Source: an uncultured Acidimicrobiaceae bacterium (lineage in GTDB: Bacteria > Actinomycetota > Acidimicrobiia > Acidimicrobiales > Ilumatobacteraceae). Taken from it: DNA of 64,000 bases. The notes below the pieces were generated by a model. That model was not told the origin of the DNA. It was given only the letters and a program-made list of their open reading frames with translations, and ran no database searches. The translations under genes and the position numbers were made by a program. The DNA lies in assembly GCA_963792905.1 (NCBI GenBank), contig CAWBYE010000025.1, positions 8,637 through 72,636 of the forward strand. The letters run 5' to 3'. This document shows positions 58,029 to 64,000 of the stretch, piece after piece; position 1 is the stretch's first letter, and every line of letters starts with the position of its first letter.

Positions 58029-58982
58029 TCAGGGGCAGGAAACGATGAGACCAAAGGGTGCGGCGGTTGTGGCAGTGGTTGCGTCGTAGGTGACTACTCC
58101 GATCTCGTCGGGTCCGAACGCGGGCAGGCTGCTTGGATCGGTCAGCGCGATCCGGTATCCGTCCCGAGCGTAGTCCTGGTCGTTGAGTCCTACGCCGCCG
58201 AGACTCGCGACCCAACCGCACGAGCTGACGTCGGTGGGGAAGACAACGTTCCACACCCCATCCCCAGGGCGGTCGTCGACAGTCACGCCGGCTGATGCGC
58301 GGTCGATGGTGCCGAACTGGGTGACCTGGGCGAAGTAGATGACCGGTATGGCAGCATCTGTCTCCGTCTTGGTGTAGACGTCGGCGCTGTTGGCCTTCAC
58401 GCCGACAGCGGCGTCGACCTCCGCTTCGGTGTAGTAGCGGTCGTCGTGCGTGTGGCCGATGGTGTAGCCGACCACGTCGATCAAGACGTCGGCGGTGCCC
58501 GTGTCAGCGGATGTCTCGACCCAGATCTGGATCTGGCCGTTGTTCAAGTCGACGGTTGCCCCGTTGGGTTCGATCGCGCCGGGGAAGAAGTTCACGGTGC
58601 TGGTGGTGGGTTCGCCAGTCGCGCCTTGCGGTCGCAGCGACAGGAACCCCTCGTGCGTCGGAGCGACGACGGTGACGTTCACCAGGACGCCGACCGCCTC
58701 GGCCGGGACGACGTTCTTGCTACCGCCGGACGCGGTCGGCACCGAGCCGGTGACTTGGAGATCTCGCGAGGCGCCATCGACGAACCGGCCCGAGAGCCCG
58801 AGGTCGGTGCGGGTGTCGAGGATGCGTTCGGCAGCGATCGTGACGGTGACCGGTCGGTCGCCGGTATCGATGGCAGCTTGGGCCATGCTGAGGCCACCGG
58901 CCCCGAGCGTGACGGCGACAGCGGCGCCGGCGGCGCTCCATCGCGTTCGCAGGAGCCCGAGGCGGGTGCGGTGCTCTCTCAT
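58029..58982 (-). CDS. Secreted hypothetical protein with an RILDTR domain and a phage-tail-like repeat
   Basis: Signal peptide (AQA-A), ERILDTR, VLVNVTVV, HTHDDRYYTEAEVD / DVYTKTETD. Confidence 0.75.
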   Translation of the reverse strand: MREHRTRLGLLRTRWSAAGAAVAVTLGAGGLSMAQAAIDTGDRPVTVTIAAERILDTRTDLGLSGRFVDGASRDLQVTGSVPTASGGSKNVVPAEAVGVLVNVTVVAPTHEGFLSLRPQGATGEPTTSTVNFFPGAIEPNGATVDLNNGQIQIWVETSADTGTADVLIDVVGYTIGHTHDDRYYTEAEVDAAVGVKANSADVYTKTETDAAIPVIYFAQVTQFGTIDRASAGVTVDDRPGDGVWNVVFPTDVSSCGWVASLGGVGLNDQDYARDGYRIALTDPSSLPAFGPDEIGVVTYDATTATTAAPFGLIVSCP

Positions 58983-59617
58983 GATGTTCCTCAATTCCGG
59001 TTTCGCCGAGCGGGATGCCCGGTCCGTCTCGACTGTATGAACGGCGCTCACAGGCACCAAGATCCGTTCGACACATTCGCTCGGGCCGGAACGCTCGACC
59101 CGCGCCGTACCGCCGGCGAAGTCGCACACCTGTTGCTGGGCGCCGTGCTCACGATTTCACTCCTTGGCGCCGTCTTCGGACTGCCACTGCTCCTTGTGAC
59201 GGTCCCACCAGGGCTTACTGCCTGGCGGGTACGAACTGCCCCCCAGACCGCGTGCAACTCGGAAGACTCGCCCTCGCCAGCGCTCTCACAGTCGCGATCG
59301 TCGCGGCAGCGGCAGTTGGACTCGACGATCTCGATCTACCGCTGGAGTGAGGAGCGCTCGCGGTGGCAGTCGCATGGATTGCAGCAGCCTGGCGGATCGC
59401 GCTACGAGCTGGAACAACCGGTAACACGCCATAGACAGGTCAGGTTCTCGACGAGTCAGGAGCGCGGTCATCGGTTGCCGGACGTGCGCCGTTCCTCCAC
59501 TCCATGACGGACGAGCGGGTGTCGATCATCGATCTAGAAGGTCCCGCTGTCCTGACCAACTCCTCTTCCGCCGCCTGTGGTCGCGACGGATGCTGGGGGC
59601 AGAGGAAGGAGGTCGGG

Positions 59618-60136
59618 ATGTCTACGACATCTGGTGTGCAATCCGGGCTCGAGCAGCCCGCAACGGCGCGGCGACGGTTCGGCGCGCTGTTCCTCACGGT
59701 TGCTGCGCTCGTTGTCGGTCTGGGGGTCGGCATGCTCATCGGTACGTCACTGGACGGTGGGAGCGATTCGAACTATGTCGTGGCCGGAGCAGGGCAACTG
59801 ACGGATCGACAGGCTCTGATGGTCGAGGTCGTCGAACAGTACGTAGACGCTTGGCGTGCCACCGACGGGGAACGGGTTGCGTCGTTCATGACCGAGGATG
59901 CCTACGTGGAGTACCCAGAAGAAGGATGGCGATTCGAGGTGGCTGATGGTTCCTTGCAGGATCGAGTGACGAACGGGCCGTACGCGTCGCTCGAAGAATT
60001 CTCACCGATGATGGTCTTTGACGACCGCATCGTGCTCACCGGACGAGTCGGTTCAGTCAGCGTCCGGTGGCTCTCGGTCCTGCACTTCACCAGCACCGGC
60101 GAAGTGAAGATCATCAGCGAGACGCTCTACCTGTAG
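59618..60136 (+). CDS. Membrane-anchored NTF2/SnoaL-like protein
   Basis: AGGAAGGAGG RBS, one TM, VEQYVDAWRATDGERVASFMTEDA. Confidence 0.7.
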   Translation: MSTTSGVQSGLEQPATARRRFGALFLTVAALVVGLGVGMLIGTSLDGGSDSNYVVAGAGQLTDRQALMVEVVEQYVDAWRATDGERVASFMTEDAYVEYPEEGWRFEVADGSLQDRVTNGPYASLEEFSPMMVFDDRIVLTGRVGSVSVRWLSVLHFTSTGEVKIISETLYL

Positions 60137-60634
60137 CGATTCCGGCGAGCGACGGTGCGCAGGAACGAGGCGCTCGACAGCTGGCCGACTGCATCCAGCG
60201 AAGCCCTTGTTGAACCTGGGCCTCCGAGCCGCGGCCACGGCGTGGTAGCGGCGTTCCTTGCCTCGACTCGGCTGCCGTGGGACAGGGTCGCCGTTGCTCG
60301 TCCCAGGGCACCCATATCGCCAGCTGAAGCCGCGCGGTCGACCCGCTCAGGTACGGCGCTCTCTGCTGCCGGTTGTGCTCGGCCAGTGCTCCTTCCTGCG
60401 GTGTCGGCGGTACGGGCCCCAACGACACCCGCATCGCCTGCGAACTGTTGGAGGTCCGCCCGAGGGACGGGAAGCGCATAGTCACGCTTCGGAGTAGCGC
60501 CTGCGCCATCCGCTCGAGTCGTCCGGCACCGTCGGCGATCTGCTCGACGCCGTCAATCGCTGAGGAGACGCAAGAGAAGGTCGTCTCGGCAGTACTCGCC
60601 ATCGCGTGGACCTGACGCGGACCTGGCAACGAGA

Positions 60635-60658
60635 ACGGGAGGCCGATCGGCCTCCCGT
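60635..60658 (-). terminator. Hairpin downstream of tRNA-Ile
   Basis: Perfect palindrome ACGGGAGGCCGA/TCGGCCTCCCGT followed by TCTCGTT on the minus strand. Confidence 0.7.
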
Positions 60659-60682
60659 GTCATCATCTACCTGGGGTGTTAT

Positions 60683-60759
60683 TGGTGGGGCTAACAAGAA
60701 TCGAACTTGTGACCTCTGCCTTATCAGGGCAGCGCTCTAACCGACTGAGCTATAGCCCC
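60683..60759 (-). tRNA. tRNA-Ile(GAT)
   Basis: 77 nt GGGGCTATAGCTCAG...CTGCC CT GAT AA GGCAG...GTTCGATT...TAGCCCCACCA. Confidence 0.97.
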
Positions 60760-60796
60760 AGCAAGGATGCGACACTACCGGCGAGGACCCGAATCC

Positions 60797-61774
60797 TCAA
60801 CCAGCCGATTGTGGGTCCTGGTCGTCGTCTTCGTCGTCGACCGACCAGGCGTCGGCGGCGGGCACGGCAGGGTTCGAGGTCGTCTCGGGATCACCGGGCG
60901 GGTCCGACGACTCGGGCGCCGTGTCGTCATCGATGTCCCAATCGGTGGAGTCCGCGCTTCCGGTCGGGGGACGTCGCACCACGTACCGCCGCGTGGAGGT
61001 GACCGTTCGCTCGACGACCTCCTCTTCGAGGACCGTCATTCGCACGCCTCCGACGATGTCGCTCACGAGGTTGAACAGTGTCGCCAGGAGGACGAGACCG
61101 CCAGTCAGTGCCACGGCCCCGAACAGACCGATGATCCAGGCATTGCGAAAGATCTCGCCGCCCTTCAACTCGAACGTCTCCCATCCGAACTGCGTGAACC
61201 ACCGCTCGACGTTGTCGAGGGTCCCGGTGCTGTCGGCGACCCGCCACAACAGCACCCCGGCCGTCAGCGTCACGAGATACGCCACGCCACTGAACAGCAA
61301 CGCCACCTTGAACGTGCTCCACGGATCGATGTGACGCAGCACGCGGGTGACCCGACGGACGCGCGGCCGACGCCCCGGTGCTCGCAGCGTCGAACCCGAC
61401 GCGGGCACGCTGGTCATGTGGTCCGACCACGCGGTCGCCGCTGGACGAGCCGGCGGCGCAGGAGCGGGCGCGACCTTCGGTGCGGCCGCCGGCGCGGTCG
61501 GGACCGTTGCGGGAGCGGGAGTGTGCGACACCGGCGCGGTCGGGGCCGGGACTGCTGCGAGACCCGGGTCTGGTGACGCCGGAGGCACCGGCGCCTGCAC
61601 GGTCGCCGGCACGATCTCCGGCAGGAAGTACTGATCGTCGTCGGGGCCGTCGACCGACCAGTCGTCGGCGGGGGGCACCGCCGAGGTGTCGCCGGGCAGT
61701 CGAGGAGTTCCTGACAACACCCCGGCGATCACATCGTCGAGCCGCGAAGAGGCGTCGCCGTCGGTCGTGCTCAC
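60797..61774 (-). CDS. DUF3566 membrane protein with a long Pro/Ala N-terminus
   Basis: RRVTRVLRHIDPWSTFKVAL...LATLFNLVSDIVGGV; canonical position between gyrA and tRNA-Ile. Confidence 0.85.
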   Translation of the reverse strand: MSTTDGDASSRLDDVIAGVLSGTPRLPGDTSAVPPADDWSVDGPDDDQYFLPEIVPATVQAPVPPASPDPGLAAVPAPTAPVSHTPAPATVPTAPAAAPKVAPAPAPPARPAATAWSDHMTSVPASGSTLRAPGRRPRVRRVTRVLRHIDPWSTFKVALLFSGVAYLVTLTAGVLLWRVADSTGTLDNVERWFTQFGWETFELKGGEIFRNAWIIGLFGAVALTGGLVLLATLFNLVSDIVGGVRMTVLEEEVVERTVTSTRRYVVRRPPTGSADSTDWDIDDDTAPESSDPPGDPETTSNPAVPAADAWSVDDEDDDQDPQSAG

Positions 61775-61795
61775 CGAAGCGAGTGTAGGCAGTCC

Positions 61796-62092
61796 TCAGG
61801 GTCCGTCGGTGGCGCGGGCGGTGGCCACGTGGTCGCCGACCCGCACGCTGACGACCACCTCGTCGCCCATTTCTCTCCAGCTGACCAGGACGGCGTCGTT
61901 CCGACCGGCGACATCGTTCGCCGCGGATTGGCCACCGAGCACGCCTGCGAGCGCCGCGGCATCGGCCGCGGAACGCGCCTCTTGTCGAACGGTCAGGTCC
62001 TGCAGTACCGGCATCAATGCCATGGTCAGGGCCGACGTCAAGGCGAGCCCGACGAACATCACCAGCAACAGCATCGAACCGCGATCGCGCAC
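61796..62092 (-). CDS. TadE/TadG-like pseudopilin (Rv3654c-like)
   Basis: DRGS + hydrophobic helix + ARSAADAAALAG. Confidence 0.75.
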   Translation of the reverse strand: MRDRGSMLLLVMFVGLALTSALTMALMPVLQDLTVRQEARSAADAAALAGVLGGQSAANDVAGRNDAVLVSWREMGDEVVVSVRVGDHVATARATDGP

Positions 62093-62157
62093 GGGCCACC
62101 TCCTCGTCGTACCGGAAGGGCAGCCAGGCTGCGATCGGCGGCGTCAACCGCGGTGCG

Positions 62158-64000
62158 TCACTCGTCGTCGTCGTGTTCGGCGATGATCGGAGCGACCGAT
62201 GCGACGGTCTGGCCGTCGTCGAGATTCATGATACGGACGCCGGTGGCGTCGCGGCCCTGCGAACTGATCTCGCGGACATCGAGTCGGATCGTGACACCAC
62301 CTGACGACACGGCGACGATCTCGTCGTCGATCCCGACCATGAAGGCCGCTGTGACGAACCCCTTCTTGCCCGTGAGCTTGATACCTCGGACACCCTGGCC
62401 GCCGCGGCCCTGGCGATTGAACTTGTCGAGCTGGGTCCGTTTGCCGTAGCCACCGTCGGTCATGACCAGGATCGCGGCGTCGTCGCGAGCGAGGTCGCAG
62501 GACACGACGGCGTCCTCGGCGCCGGCCTTGAGCTTCATGCCACGAACACCGGCGGCCGTGCGACCCATCGAACGGACGTCTTCCTCGTTGAAGCGAATCG
62601 TCATGCCGCCCTTGCTGACCATGAAGATGTCGTCGCCGCCCGTGGTCTCGATGACCTTGACGAGTTCGTCGTCGTCTTTCAGGTTGATGGCGATGATGCC
62701 GTCACGACGGCTCGAGTCGTAGGCGTCGAACGTCGTCTTCTTGACAGTGCCCTGCTTGGTGGCGAAGAACAGGTAACGGTCACCGGCGAACTCGCGCGTG
62801 TCGATGATCGCCTGAATGTTCTCACCGGCCTGGAGCGGCAGCAGGTTGACGATCGGCATGCCCTTGGCGGTACGTTCACGCTCGGGGATCTCGAGCGCTC
62901 GCAGTCGGTACACCTTGCCGCGGTTCGAGAAGAACAGCAGGTGAGCGTGCGCGGTGGTGAAGATCACGTGGCGCACGATGTCGTCGGCCTTGAGCTTGCC
63001 GCCGCTGACACCACGGCCGCCGCGGCCCTGCGACTTGAACGACCCGGCCGGCACCGACTTCACGTACTGCGCCTCGGTCATGACGATCACGAGTTCCTTG
63101 TCGTCGACGAGGTCTTCGATCGACATCTCGCCGTCGTCGTAGGTGATCTCGCACACCCGCGGGGTGGCGAACTCTTCTCTGATGGCGAGCATCTCGTCCT
63201 TGATCACCGTGCGCAGGAGGACGTCGTCGGCGAGGATCGCCTCGAGCTCCTGGATGGTGCCTCGCACGTCATCGAGCTCGGTCTCGAGGTCGATCCGGCT
63301 CAGACGGGTCAGTTGGCGCAGCTGCATGTCGAGGATGTCGACCGCCTGCACCTCGCTGAACTCGAACGGGTCGGCCATCAGGGCTTGCTTGGCCGACGCG
63401 GCGTCGTCGCTTGCACGGATCAGCGCAATGATCTCGTCGATGACGTTGAGGGCCTTGATGCGGCCCTCGAGGATGTGGGCGCGTCGTTCGGCCTTCGCCA
63501 ATCGGAACTCGGTTCGGCGCGTCACGACCTCGATCTGGTGGCGGACGTATCCCTCCAGCGCAGAGAGGAGGTTGACGGTTCGGGGAACCTTGTCGACGAG
63601 CGCCACCATGTTGATGGAGAAGCTGCTCTGCAGCTGCGTCATCTTGTAGAGGTTGTTGAGCACGACGTTGGCGTTGGCATCGCGCTTGAGCGTGATGATG
63701 AGGCTCGTCTTGCCCCCAGCCGAGCCGTCGTTGACATCGGCGATGCCATCGAGATCGCCGTTCGTGACGAGTTCCTCGATGCGTCCGGCGATCGACGAGA
63801 CGCTGGTCTGGTAGGGCAACTCGGTGACGACGATCTCGTAGCGACCGGTCTTGCCCTCCTCGATCGTGGCCTTGGCCCGGGTCTTCACGGAGCCGCGACC
63901 GGTGCGATAGGCCTCGATGATGCCGGAGCGTCCGAGAATCTGTGCGCCCGTCGGGAAGTCGGGACCCTTCACGAAGTCCATCAGGTCGTCGACCGTCGTG
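62158..64000 (-). CDS. gyrA: DNA gyrase subunit A (N-terminus outside the window)
   Basis: KGPDFPTGA, VTELPYQ, GyrA-box QGRGGRG, C-terminal pinwheel repeats (GRTAAGVRGM, GRDATGVRIM). Confidence 0.97.
   Translation of the reverse strand, partial: TTVDDLMDFVKGPDFPTGAQILGRSGIIEAYRTGRGSVKTRAKATIEEGKTGRYEIVVTELPYQTSVSSIAGRIEELVTNGDLDGIADVNDGSAGGKTSLIITLKRDANANVVLNNLYKMTQLQSSFSINMVALVDKVPRTVNLLSALEGYVRHQIEVVTRRTEFRLAKAERRAHILEGRIKALNVIDEIIALIRASDDAASAKQALMADPFEFSEVQAVDILDMQLRQLTRLSRIDLETELDDVRGTIQELEAILADDVLLRTVIKDEMLAIREEFATPRVCEITYDDGEMSIEDLVDDKELVIVMTEAQYVKSVPAGSFKSQGRGGRGVSGGKLKADDIVRHVIFTTAHAHLLFFSNRGKVYRLRALEIPERERTAKGMPIVNLLPLQAGENIQAIIDTREFAGDRYLFFATKQGTVKKTTFDAYDSSRRDGIIAINLKDDDELVKVIETTGGDDIFMVSKGGMTIRFNEEDVRSMGRTAAGVRGMKLKAGAEDAVVSCDLARDDAAILVMTDGGYGKRTQLDKFNRQGRGGQGVRGIKLTGKKGFVTAAFMVGIDDEIVAVSSGGVTIRLDVREISSQGRDATGVRIMNLDDGQTVASVAPIIAEHDDDE

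Noticed and set aside
59000-59500. Short hydrophobic ORF fragments between accessory genes
   Set aside because: No start, RBS or motif support; may be remnants but cannot be called.
60140-60630. Small ORFs downstream of the tRNA-Ile terminator
   Set aside because: No recognisable family motifs in any frame.

Overview
High-GC actinobacterial chromosome segment, probably Acidimicrobiia (Ilumatobacter-like; inferred from gene content). It is likely close to oriC because gyrA, a DUF3566 gene and tRNA-Ile lie at the right end. Left to right: (1) 1-8.3 kb, a 4-hydroxybenzoate/protocatechuate 4,5-cleavage cluster (ligB partial, ligA, ligU-like, ligI, GntR, ligK, ligJ, pobA). It carries five copies of a palindromic operator (A/G)ATTGT-NN-AC(A/G)ATC and an embedded, translationally coupled MetE-like + alpha/beta-hydrolase pair that may process methylated ring-cleavage products; this is the most interesting system here. 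(2) A decayed integrase islet with a PIN toxin-antitoxin pair at tRNA-Ala. (3) Mixed metabolic genes with GNAT/AKR/PLD remnants and an orphan DNA methyltransferase with a nuclease-like C-terminal domain. (4) A SigF-like partner-switching module around a class F sortase and its substrate. (5) A Mo-oxidoreductase, MgtE-like, DUF1003 and RecQ block. (6) An S8 protease with 17 WSGAS repeats and an acidic 11-mer tail, downstream of a GGDEF-EAL gene. (7) A glycan-tailoring cluster (GT2/GT4, PhyH, GMC, AKR, sulfotransferase). (8) An ABC/TetR operon. (9) A mobile-element graveyard ending in a tRNA-Thr 3' half (att-like). (10) tRNA-Ile, DUF3566, TadE-like and gyrA. Many genes carry single-base frameshifts consistent with long-read assembly error, so pseudogene and fusion calls need read-level confirmation. 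All family assignments come from motif recognition by eye; no searches were run.
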